64,000 nt of DNA from Perkinsus chesapeaki ATCC PRA-425 (taxonomy: Eukaryota; Protista; Perkinsozoa): contig JAAPAO010000012.1 of NCBI GenBank assembly GCA_013115145.1, forward strand, positions 79,563-143,562, read 5' to 3'. The position numbers were made by a program, and so were the translations under genes. The notes under the pieces are model-generated. The model saw nothing but the letters and a program-made list of their open reading frames with translations, made no database searches and had not been told where the DNA came from. Below are positions 10,965-26,400 of the stretch, one piece after another. The stretch's first letter is position 1. Every line of letters begins with the position of its first letter.

Positions 10965-12339
10965 ACGCTTTTCCCTATTGGGAGCAGCAGTCCCTCGGAA
11001 GAACTCCGCGCTATGTAGAATGCGGGGTCGTTCCTATTTAGATAAGCAACTTGTCACAATCCATTCGCCTGAGCTAAGGGCGGGTATGCTGAGGCTCAGC
11101 TGCTCATGAGCAGCTGAGCTGACAGCACTTCGATCTGGTCAGCGGCGGCCGCTGAGAGAGGGCCGTCACAGAGCGACGCAGTCGATGAAACGGTGAATCG
11201 ACTCGGGTTTCTCGGTGAAGTCTGCTGCTGCTGATGAAACACAACGCGCTCCAGCGATTGTGGTGTTCCCCGCGTCTCCTGCGTCGATTAGTATCTGTAA
11301 CAAAGATACCACGGCCAGCAAGGACCCGATTAACGAGAATTGTAGCGAAATTGTTGTTCTTCTCAGAACCAGCTCGCTGCAGTCTGATTTTCTCGCACTT
11401 GAACTTCCGCGGTGTTGCGAGTGGACCACTTCATTCTGCGGGACGATTTCAATTCAGGCTTCCTACGCAGTCGATCGAGGAGACCTGTCCCACACAGACT
11501 AGTGATTAGTTACTAATCTGGCCCTATGGTGTGCAGATGTCCGACCACGTCGATCACTTCTTCAATGAAGAATCCTCATCACCTAATTATGAGGGGTAGA
11601 TGTGATATAGAGCCAAATTGACTCAGCCAATGTAAATTAAGAGGACGCGGAAATGTTATTGTATAGCATCTCGGCTTAAACCCTCTGCAACTACGTGATT
11701 ATTAGTTTGAGTAACGATATGTATCCCCCAGCATTGTATGGTGGCTTATGGCTACCGATAAGTTATATGTTGTCATAACACGACGCATTTCAGTCGTGAA
11801 AGATTTGCCAGCGTTGATGGACCTCCAGCGACGAGTTATAAACATACCCTTCTAAGCAATTCGTAAGCTGACAACTGGAGGGTTCGACTTTACGTCATCA
11901 GTACTCACGTCGTTATGTTTTCTGTATTTGATGAGCCAGGCTTGGTTGTTCACGATTAATGACTAGTGCGGTGACGCTAATCCACAGTACGACTAAGCGC
12001 ACTCAGTGACAAACTAAAAACTGGGGTACCGAATGTTAATAGAGAGTATATTCCTGTTGAGGCCCGTGCCGATAAAATGAAAACGTTCGATCATCAACAA
12101 CATCTTATCAGTCTGACTTCCATCAGTTGAAAGCGCAATCGGGGAGCTTGCGACTCTTCCGCTCTCATAGTTCGGGTGATGTCGCAAGGATGGACTTGGA
12201 GCCAGTATCTGTGGAGGTGCAAACTCCAGTGGAAGTATTCCACTTATGCCATTGGGAACTCGAGCATTCATATGGGACTGCAAGCTTCTCCTATGTGGTT
12301 GCAGTGGAGAATTCCCGTAAGAAACCAATAAGCAATTCA

Positions 12340-14397
12340 CTAGTGGAGAGGTTGCTCTCCGAAATGGCATCGTGAGTTTAATAGTACAGACTTAAGCCTA
12401 CACTGGTCTTTCCTTCTTATAGACATAGCACTGTTGACAAAACGCTTGATCAAATCCATAGCCGCATCAGGCTGATTCATGGGAACCATATGGCCAGCAT
12501 TTCTACATGCAAAGTAACATGCGAGTGAGGCTATACGTAGAAGTCTGGTTACCGAACAGAGTAATGACTCAATGGGCCAAAGTGGCATTCGTATCCATAG
12601 ACAGCTTCCTCTGGACTGGTTGGCTGAGAATATACAAACCGTGGGGCATCGATATGAGACGACAGACAAGAAGGCTGAGCTGTGTTTTGCATGACTCTTC
12701 TAGCCCGAAAGTGTTATGACTCGGTGTTTGACCAACAATAGAGGATAGAACCACGCGCTAAACTTACGTCGGGTCCCCTCCATATATTCCGCTTGCTGGC
12801 AAGGAAACCGGCCATGCCATCCCACACCATTTCCGGAATCCAGGCGTTTGTCCTGGAATTCAAGCGATGTGACTTATGATGTGAGAAACGCTCACGCTAG
12901 CAAGCCGTCCCTCGCATCTTTGTCTCCTTGGTAAAGCATGACCGGCACTTTAGCGTTGAGCAGAGGGGGTAAGCAGTGCATCATGGGCTTCATTATGTCT
13001 TCAAGCAAATGCTTGTGAACGGCATCATCAGTTCTGATAAACGTACCATCTGAAGCCTAGCGCGAAGTAAGAGCTACCCGAAATGTCTGTCCGCAGGGAC
13101 ATGGAAGGTTTCTTTAACCTCAGGGAGATTTAAAAAATGCTGTAGCCTCTCGTCGAGAAAACTGTAAGTACCAGTGACTCTGAGGAGGACAGCTAGTAAT
13201 ACAGTATTCCCTAGCAGCGCCAGGGATCACCGAACGTCGTAGATGTTAACTCCACCGCTCTCTTCCAGCATCATTTTCTCAAGGCTCTCGCGAAGCGTCA
13301 AGGCTTCCAACCATCTGAGGAAGCGAATGGCCATTGCAGATGACTCACAAAAATAACTTTTCTTCTAGGGCAAGCTTCTTCGCCTTCTGTCCCAGTTCAC
13401 GGGCTTCATCAATCTTATCGGGGCCGATAAGGCCGAAATAGTACGCAACATCGGCTTTGGCGGCAACTTGGAAAGCTAAAACAATACAGAGGTCGTTTGT
13501 CACCCGATATCGCGATGGGATATCGTTCAGTATTCCACACCGAGGACCATGTGAAATGGACTGACCTGGAAAGGTGAGTCCATTTCCTATGGCAACTCCA
13601 CTGAGGGGTGTCTTATCGATAGGGTTCTCTATTAGGTACTTCCCTAAGGCCGGGATATAGTGGCCTGCGTATGATTCACCAACGATGAACCTATTGGAAG
13701 ATAATCGGAAGAAAGTGCCAATGGGCGGCTTACAATGGATGCTCTTTTAGCTCAGGTTTGACTTCCCTATAGAATGTCGTTAGGAACGTATACAACTGCT
13801 CTGTCACATCATGTTCGGTACTATTGGCATAACCTTCCGGATAGTCAGTGTAACTGTAACCAGTCCCCACTGGGCTATCAACAAACACCATGTGGTAAGA
13901 ATTAGCCCAGGTTACATTTCTACGAACCTATGTTGATCAAACGAACGATGCTGTTGGCAAGATCACAGACTTACGAGGGTTGTGTTGTTGATCAAGTTGA
14001 GAGGGCCCATCTCAAAGAAATTGCCGAAGAACCCAGGGGCACCGGGCCCGCCTTGGAGCCACAGAATCAAGGGTGTATTTTTGTCGTCTTTAAGCAAATC
14101 ATCAAGCGGGGGAAAGTACCTTGTTAAAAAATACGACCAGTACTTCTACCTACAATGTTAATGATTGGCACTACCAATAGAACATGGAAGAATTGAAATT
14201 GGTATCAACTGCTACCATTCCAGCATCACTTTGTATTTCTGTAACCTTAAAAGGTTGAGGTGGTCGAATAGCGCGTTCACAAGAGGCGCCATTCTTACCC
14301 GAGTATCTTTTGATATTTTATTCAGGTCTACCGGTAGGCTAAAGACGCCAAGAGTATAAAGGATAGCCAGCCACGTAGTGCAGAGCCTTGCTGGCAT
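12340..14397 (-). CDS. Serine carboxypeptidase (S10 family, CPVL-like), copy 1, multi-exon
   Basis: Signal peptide MPARLCTTWLAILYTLGVFS. Motifs LILWLQGGPG, FVDSPVGTGYSY, catalytic-Ser GESYAGHYIP and catalytic-His NAGHMVPMNQP. The 3' end is uncertain. Confidence 0.93.
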
Positions 14398-14999
14398 TGC
14401 AAGTCTTCTACACTGACAAAGGCGCTCCCACCATTGTGGATCATTGTCTGCGGTGCTCAATGTCAGTGCAAGGTGTTTTCTTATGCACGTTCCGATTGTA
14501 GAAAAGTAGATGAGGGTTCGCCGTGCTCGTGGGGCAAATGTTAACAGAGCCTATGCCTCCTGGTATGCACGTGCTAGGTCGACGGGGCCCTCATCCCCTG
14601 CCACTGAATCCAAGTAAGCTTGTCACTGTAGGATGGTCTATACGGCTAATCGATTTTATAACTCCACCAAACTCAAGTTGAAGATACAACACATATAAGA
14701 AGAGAGCGCAGTTACGACGCTAGTAGCGGCCTCCTCTCTGGCAATCCTCGGGATTAAGCCATGCAACTGTTGCGGTATATTGTAGTGCAACATGTGGAAT
14801 CCCGCCATGCAAGGTGGTAGACGCAGTGCGTCTGACGCACGCATGCGCAGAGACTAAGACGGCGCGGACTCTGCACCTAGGAGGAAGGCTCCCAAGAGCC
14901 GCAAGCTATGCACGGTTCCATGGGTTCGGCAAAACTCGCGACTTATGGGCAGAGGCAACCATTCCATTGGACTTACGTCTGCCTCTTTGAAACGAATTA

Positions 15000-15420
15000 G
15001 TGCTTGAAGCAAATGGAATGGAGCAGCGCACAGAGCAACACAAGATCTGTCTTACATGTCGATATGATCAAGTCTGCCCGTATGTCAGCAAGCGAACCGC
15101 ATACATCCGCAGTTCCTCAGTTGGATGCTTAGTCCAGTGTTCTATTATGCCACCCTCGCGGACACTGTATTGGCTTACACGGTATGACTGTTACAATCGC
15201 GTGATACTTTTGCGAGCTTGCAAAAACTTGTCCCAGGGATCCGTGACGCGCAGCACGATTATAATGAGTGACGAATGCAGGTCATATACAGACTCAGCTC
15301 AAAATGTGAACCAAACGAATCTGTGAGTCGAAGAGAGCAACCGACAATGAGTCTCCGCTGATGGGCATTGAATCCTGTCCCGAATTATCTCAAGCGCCGA
15401 GAGGCGTCAATGTGGATGGT
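15000..15420 (+). mobile_element. Possible decayed Merlin/IS1595 (ISXO2-like) DDE transposase relic
   Basis: ORF 15000-15326 contains GSVTRSTIIMSDECRSY, similar to the family motif GSTIxSDxWRAY, then NVNQT (compare TVNHS). Downstream out-of-frame pieces read GIESC and YLKRREASMW. Eye match only; no TIRs found. Confidence 0.35.
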
Positions 15421-17165
15421 AAATGTTACAAAAGCCAAACGGATGAGCGGCGCTGATTGAGACTTGACGGTTGGGCTTCCGATGGATTCGGTGGGGTCAC
15501 TACCAAACCAACGAGTAGTAGTAGAAGCAAATTTGCCTTAGCAACTTCTGCCTGAACTCCTTGCTCAACCAACACAACGAAAACTCACGGAGCGAAAAGT
15601 GAACTACAAAATAGATTGTCCTCCCGGATTACAAGCGCAGACATCTGGAGTAGATATCCGACAGGAGATCAACCTCGTGGCCGACTCGCCACTGGCCACA
15701 AAGGCCATAACATGAGAACTGATAGCAGCAGGTAGGCAACGGATACTTAGTAGGCTTCGTCTATCTTCAGGGGGAGCCCCGCTGGAGATAATTAGGTAGA
15801 GAATGTCTACTAGACACCCAAGACATCAAAGCAAGGGTCTCTGCGCAAATCTTTACCCTCACAGCAGGAGAAGAATTGATCAGGCAAGCAGCGATTCCCA
15901 AGCCCGGTGACTTCACCACAAACTCCGGGTCCGGTCATGCCCAGCCAACAGTCATTGAAACAGCAATCGTCTACTGCCCATGAAACAATGAAGAGAATGT
16001 TGCAGAGTGCCAGACGTAGTATTTAGTGCGCGGGAGCTGATGAGTGAAAGGTCTACAAAAATACGAATGATGCCAGAGAGGCACTCTATAAAGGTGCACT
16101 ATAACTCGATGCAGTGTGACACAATAAGACAAGGCTTAATTGTGAGTACGCTTAGTGCCCTGAGAGTCGATCAGCCCTGCGCGATGAGTCGATCACGCAA
16201 TCGATAGCTGATTGTAGGTATTTGATACGCAAGTGCAAGCACTAACGCACAGAGGTCGGCAACAGTAATAGACAAGACCATACAGTAGGAATAGCGCACA
16301 GCCTGTGCGGCACAGGTTGCGCGTCGAACAAGTAGGAAGACGCTTCTCCTCCTCACGAGCAGTGAAGCGGCACTTTCTGAAATGAATCTGTGCGATCTTT
16401 TGAGACGTGACGCCCCTGTTGCCACGTATCGCGGGATACGCGTACGTGTTCGGTGTTCCCTCTCGGCTCTATCCTTTCGAAAGCGGGGAGGAGTGGACTC
16501 AAGTCCTCCTTTAGCAGGCCTCCGTCGCCAAACCTCCGGAAAGGATCCCATGAGAACCAGAAGCACGCATGACAAATATGAGGTTTGGTCGGTGTTTTAA
16601 GTAGCATGCTTATTCGAAGCCTCTTTGACAGGTATCAGATAATACAAGTAAACTACGCATCTCTTCGAGTACTTTGTAGATCTTGCCTTCCTCAACTGAT
16701 GTTTTCTACCGATGTAACACTGCCAATCCTTGAAAATGGCTTAGCGAAAAAACAGTTTCCCATATAACAGCGACTGGCGAATTTCGTACCACCAGGGTGT
16801 GAGTGTAACATCAGTCCACCTCCGGCAGCAAGATTTACTGGGAGCTGTTCGCACTATTAACTACTATGGCAGCCTTTGGAGGACGGAATCAGTTTCGTGA
16901 GTCTTACTGAACTCCACCGAACTTTCCGAGCACTTTGAAATGAATGACTAAAACACCACAAAGATAAGAAGAAACTAACGTGTGGTGAGGGCACGAGTCC
17001 ATAAAATAAAAATTGTTTTATAGCCATAACATTTAATATAACGAAACCTCGGCCAGTCGAAGCCCACCACTTGGTCGGAGAGTATCACTCAATCTCTGGT
17101 GACGCAGCGAGAAAAGACTTAGATTTAGTATCTGAAGGAAACGGTGTCCACCATAGAGAGTTAGG

Positions 17166-19398
17166 CTACACTAGCCAAACAAGAAGCCCGTGTCCAATGC
17201 CACTAGACACGGGCTTCTTGACCATGAAACTGAGATAAATCATGTTCCTTGAGGATGATGTACGGTACGCGAAGTTGTACAAGGTGAGGACGGTATGCTT
17301 ACCGTTTATTGAGATAGCATTTATAATGAAACGTTTGATCAAATCCATAGCCGCATCAGGCTGATCCATGGGAACCATATGGCCGGCATTTCTACATGCA
17401 AAATAACATGCGAGTGAGGCTATAGAAGTGTGGTTACCGAACAGAGTAATGACTTAATGGGCCATAGTGGCGTTCGTATCCATAGACAGCTTCCTGTGGA
17501 CTGGTAGGCTGAGGAAGAGATCACAATACGGCTATGCAGTGCATAGTATGCACTAAAGGCAAACAAACCAGATATCTAGCTATGAGCTGTATAACTCGAT
17601 CGGCATTCTATAGCGCATCATAGTGGTCATTGTGTAGTGAATTGCCAGATGTTGGTACTACTGCCGGCAACAGCAACACCTGGCGAGCCCCCGCCTGTGA
17701 GTTCTGTAAAAACGACTATGCAACCGACTTACGTCTCGTCCTCTCCATATATTGCGTTCACTGGAAAGGTAGTCGGATATACCGTCCCATGGCAGCTCGG
17801 GGATCCACGCTTCAACTCTAAAATATGGTAGGCACTTAATACGGGACGAACCGAGCTGAGCTGCGTTACGATATTAATCCGTCCTTCGCATCCTTGTCGC
17901 CCTCAAAGAGCATCACAGGCACTTCAGCGTTCAGCAATGGCGGTAAGCAATGTACCATTGGCATCATTATATCCTCCAGCAAATGTGCCTCGACGGCCTC
18001 ATCGGTTCTAAAAGACGAAAACCTTGAGATACGAAATATGCAGTAAGCGCTACTTGAAGGACCGATCAACGGGAACATGCAGGGTGGCCTTAACCTCCGG
18101 AAGATTCAGGAAGTGCTCAAGCCTTTCGTCTTGCCAGCCATAATCGTCTGTGGTACTGAAGAGAGCGGCAGTTTCCGTCGCAGCTACTAAAGCGTGCCGC
18201 AGCTGACCGAATATCGTAAAGATTAATTCCACCACTCTCCTCCTGCATCAACTTCTCGAGGCTCTTACGTGCCTCCAGAGCTTCCAGCCATCTGGCAAAA
18301 CAGGGTCAGCACTGGCTTACAGGAGGAACTCACCTTCCCTCTAGTGCGAGTTTCTTCCCTTTTTGTCCTAGTTCACGGGCTTCATCAATTCTATCGGGAC
18401 CGATAAGGCCGAAATAGTACGCAACATCGGCTTTGGCGGCAACTTGGAAAGCTGAAAACAAAACAGAAATTCTGTATTCTGTAACAGAATTCAGCCTCGT
18501 CGTGAGAAGGAAGTAGCCGACGACAAAATGGCAGGGAAATACGGCATTTAAGTGAAGTGAACTAACCTGGAAAGGTGAGCCCATCTCCTATAGCAACTCC
18601 ACTGAGTGGTATCTTATCGATAGGGTTCTCTATTAGGTACTTCCCCAAGGCCGGGATATAGTGGCCTGCGTATGATTCACCAACGATGAACCTATCGAAG
18701 GTAATCGGAAAAGGAATGCCAATGGGCGGCTTACAATGGATGCTCTTTTAGCTCAGGTTTGACTTCCCTATAGAATGTCGTTAGGAACGTATACAACTGC
18801 TCTGTGACATCATGTTCGGTATTATTGGCATAACCTTCCGGATAGTCAGTGTAACTGTAACCAGTCCCCACTGGGCTATCAACAAACACCATGTGGTAAG
18901 AATTAGCCCAGGTTACATTTCTACGAACCTATGTTGATCAGCTCATGAACGATGCTATCGACATCAGAAGCTCACCAAAGTAGTTCGGTTAATCAAGTTG
19001 AGCGGGCCAAGCTCGAAGAAGTTGCCGATGAATCCTGACGAACCAGGTCCTCCCTGGATCCACAGAATCAAGGGTGTGTTCACATCATTTTGAAGTGAAT
19101 CGTCTAGAGGGGGGAAATACCTTGAAAAGGAATGGACGAATTAAACACTCGGAGGTTAATGCAAGTTCTACCAGTAGAACATAGAAGAGTTCAAGTTGGA
19201 ATTGATGCTCACCATCCCGGCATCGCTTCGGATTTCTGTGACCTGAGGACTAAGGGTATTCCGATGGAAGAATATACGAGCCAGTCTCGGAATAGCTACC
19301 TTGGGGTCTGTCGAGATCTTAGAGAGGTCCACAGGTAAACCGGAGACACTCCATAGATATATCAGCGCCACGAGAGTGGTAGGGAGAGCCGCGGGCAT
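17166..19398 (-). CDS. Serine carboxypeptidase (S10 family, CPVL-like), copy 2, multi-exon
   Basis: Paralogue of 12340-14397 with matching intron positions. Signal peptide MPAALPTTLVALIYLWSVSG; motifs GESYAGHYIP, LFEGDKDAKDG and AGHMVPMDQP. The 3' end is uncertain. Confidence 0.93.
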
Positions 19399-19955
19399 AT
19401 GGAAATTATTTTGCACTAGGTGACGTATAATCATGATACAACGGTTGGTCTTGTTTCGCTAGGGGAAGCTAGTACAACGGAATTGGCGAGACCCGTCAAG
19501 TAGCATGTGTAGGCGTATTACAGTTGATACGTACAATACTCATAACGTGAGATATAACTTATGTATATGAATATGAAAGAATTCACAGATTCTGAAACCG
19601 TAAGGTAGACAGTACATCGCTGAGCGGTCGTGAAAAAGGGACATCTTCGCGACACAACTGTGAGTAACTTCTAGCAGACTAACTCCTTGACAGGCTTTGA
19701 TGGAGATTCTCGAAGAGTGTACATTTGAGCCTGCACGAGTCGAACGACGGGTTCGCTTGGTGCTTCAGCTTTATAAGCGAAGCATGCACAGTTACTCTCT
19801 GTACATGAACGTTGCCCGGGTTTTCGTCGTACCATCGCCGACCTCGTTATGCTTTCACAATGTGCTCTGACTGTTCTAACACAACCACTGGTAATACCGG
19901 CGATGAAACATATACGACAAAGTGAAGTATATCGCCTAACATACAGTTATCATCC

Positions 19956-23135
<3,180 letters not shown>

Positions 23136-23497
23136 AATGAAAATGACTCAAACTGATCAGAGCCGCCTTGGCGCTGCTAATACACAACAGCAGCTAGCAG
23201 TGTCAGCCACACCATACCACACTTCCCTCAAATCAAGGTTACAGGACACGTTCCTCTGTCAAGTTTCAGCAATACCAACATCGTCAAATCCAGTACAAGT
23301 GGCTGCTACTTTCGCCTTATACAAAGGCACCTATATACCTATGCTCCACACTGTACAGTGAAGGTGGTCAGTATGACCGAAATGTAAGTAGCGCGCGCCC
23401 AGCTGATCGATATACAACGCAACACCGAAAGTGATGTCTGCTACACAACATCTTACATAAAACGTGTAATGCATGCGTGAATACCTCAGCGAAATGC

Positions 23498-26400
23498 TCA
23501 GCCGGAATGCCGCCATTTTCGGCTGTCCGAAGCGCATCGCTCCGCCGCCTCGCACATCCTAGTGTAGTCGATCCAGCCATCTCCCCTACCAAAGGCTTGA
23601 GCTAGGGCTTGAACCTCGGACTGCTTCGCGTGGATATTGGCACGCGCCAGGATATTAGAGAGGTCCCAAACTCTGACGCAGCCAGACCGATTGTGATCGA
23701 AGGCCTTGCAGTGGGGCATGAGCTGCACATCAGAGGCCTTGGTGAGCACTGATGTCGGGTCAAGGGCATCCAGCTCTACTTGGGGGACAGGGGTAGGGAT
23801 ACCAGCCGCCGCGGCGCACAGACGCCTATACGAGGGGGCAAAGTGCGCGGTAAGGCAGTCGACGTCGACCTGTGTGAGGGGGGTGTCTTGAGTGAGTGCG
23901 CTCAAGAGCTGGGACAGGCTCCTGTGGAACAGGTCTGTTGTTGCGGTCTCACCGCGCATACGGTCTATAGCCGAGGTCACGTTGGTCTCGAAGTAGTCAC
24001 CAAGCGCCGCTGGTGATATGACATAGGCGGTCATATGGTGCTTCAGTCTTGTCAAGGCCTCCTCTACTCCTTCGGTGCTTTTAGCCAGCACGTTAATAGA
24101 CTGCGGCGTCCACTCTTGGACGACCGGCTCTGTCGCCTTTGTGATCCTGAAGTCATTGTGTGAGAAGTTCCAAACGAACCTTTTATAGGCCTCGTGGAGG
24201 CGATACGGGTCTATGCAGAAGCCTTGGCCAGCAGTAGGCAGCCCGAAAGTGTCCATCATTGTCTGGGCGTCTTCTTCGGACAGGTGAACGTTCAGTCGGT
24301 GAGCTATCCTCCACGGACTGCCTTCAGCCTCGGCGCAGAGCTCACGTAGATCAACTCGTTGGTCAAAGGCAGCACGAAATAATATACGGACAGCCTCGGG
24401 TATGTCCGAGGATCTGCAAGCCCAAACCTGCTTTGGTCTTTCTCCCTTCAGAGTGTCGACATCCCGCTGGAAGTTCCGGTAGTTGACCTTTTCTGGATAG
24501 GTAACGGACTTGTATCGTTCAGCCAAGGCCTGCACTTGGACGGGCGTCAACACAGGGAACTCATCGGTGATTTTTCTGATGAACACTTCTCTGAAGCACT
24601 TAGTATGCTGCTTGCAAGATCTCAAGGTATGTTGAAAGATATCGCGCAAGTCCTTGGCGCCGGTGCCATCGCACCTGCTGGCGATCAAACGTAAAGCGCT
24701 GTCGGCCTCATCACCCGGCTCAGGGCTTCCGTGATAAGCGGTGACCATTCAACAAGTACTGAATAAAAACAGGTACACCGGTAGCGGAGCACGCAACATA
24801 GTAGCTATAAGACACCGTGGGCAACTTGACATAGAGAGGCCTAACAGGCCTCGTACGAAAACTGGTAGAATAGGATCTGCCACTAGAAAAAGCATGAGTC
24901 CTGGCCATGCGATCGAACATCTGTTGATGCCTGGTCGAGGCGGGTGCTTGAAGGGTCCTGCCTTTAGACTTCAAACCGAGGGCCGTGGCGGAGCGCTGAG
25001 TAACAATGAGCTGCATAGCTGGCGAGGAAGGACCGTACCACGCGCCCCGAAGCCGAATCTTCACTGTAAAACGGCTCACGAGCGCTGAAGGGGTGCCTGA
25101 GCTCGTCGGCAGTGAAGCGCCAGGGGTGATGAAGCGCCATGGCCTCCGCTTCTTTGCTCAAAATCTTCATCGCGAACTCGTTCGGTCCCCGGTCATCCGA
25201 GAAAGGGTCGATGAACCCCCGTATCTGCTCCGGAAATTAAGGTACGACGAGCGGCAAGGAACCTACCCCAGCGAATTTGGCGGCCTCCGAATTTCTCAGA
25301 TCGCCTGTGGCCTCCGCACGCCACTCTCCACGAGCCCACCGGCTAACGGCGTCGGCGTATCTGCACGCGCCAACGTTCCGATGTGTGATGTACTGCAAGG
25401 GCTCACAGTCTGAGGAACACTTTCTCTCTTGCGCTGTATTCTCGCCATCGCCGCGATGGCCCAATGGACTTCAGGAGACTCGCTGGAAACTTGATACCCC
25501 GCTGCTGCGGGCTGGCATTGGAGCCTCGTGAGGTTAGCTCGAGCAACAAATCCTTAAGTTGCTCATTCTCTAGCTTCAGAGCTTCAACCTCCTTTTCGGA
25601 GGTGCTCGAATGCCAGGGCGGCATCAGAAACAGTTTCGGTGAACCTGCGGACAAATTCACAAACACCAGCCGTTTGGATGTTGGTTACTAGTGCTAGCTG
25701 GAGCACCGTCAGCCGAAGCCGATTGCTGATCGTCGACTCTTGGACCAGCGTTACGCTCAGCTGATGGCTGATATGTGGCACCAGCTTCCGCGCTTCCCAT
25801 CGCCGACGCATACTCCAGGCAGATGGCGGCCAGCCGCTGCAATTCTTCGATGGAGCCATCGGATTCTAAAGGGGCAAAGATGGGCATACTCAGACTCCCA
25901 ACATTCTCACCGTCTAGGTCACTCGCCACGAAATTCCCAGCCACGGTGGCCAGTTGTATCGTAGCGTCAGACATCATTCGCAATGCCTTTGCAGTTTCCG
26001 GCTCCCGCTCATCAGCCACAGCATCCGGTGCTGTGAAGCCGTCAGAGAGCCTCCGGCGGATACTCCGTTGACTAGGCTTGCTCGCTACTCGAGCGATGAT
26101 ATCCCTCGTGACGATCGTCGATAAGACACAGTCTCCGACCCCGGTGATTCCCTCTGAATCGGCCTTAACAATGTCGCTATGCTCCGCAGCGGCCGATCCC
26201 TGCGAACACATATTTGAGCGCGGCTCCCATGCTACACGACTGGACTGCCGCCTGATGTCAGGTTGATGCGGGGTGTCCGGCGCGTCTGTGAATGTAGGGA
26301 TTAACCCATCGGTGGCTTCTATTAGTCGTCTTCGCACACTCCTCCGCGGTGTGGCTTCCGACTTGACAGAGTGCCGCTTCATGTCAGTATGTGAGTTATC

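Noticed and set aside
16171-17030. Possible small multi-exon minus-strand gene (intron-like gt...ag pieces, DPFRRFGDGGLLKEDLSPLL)
   Set aside because: I could not assemble a stop-free spliced frame and recognised no domain.
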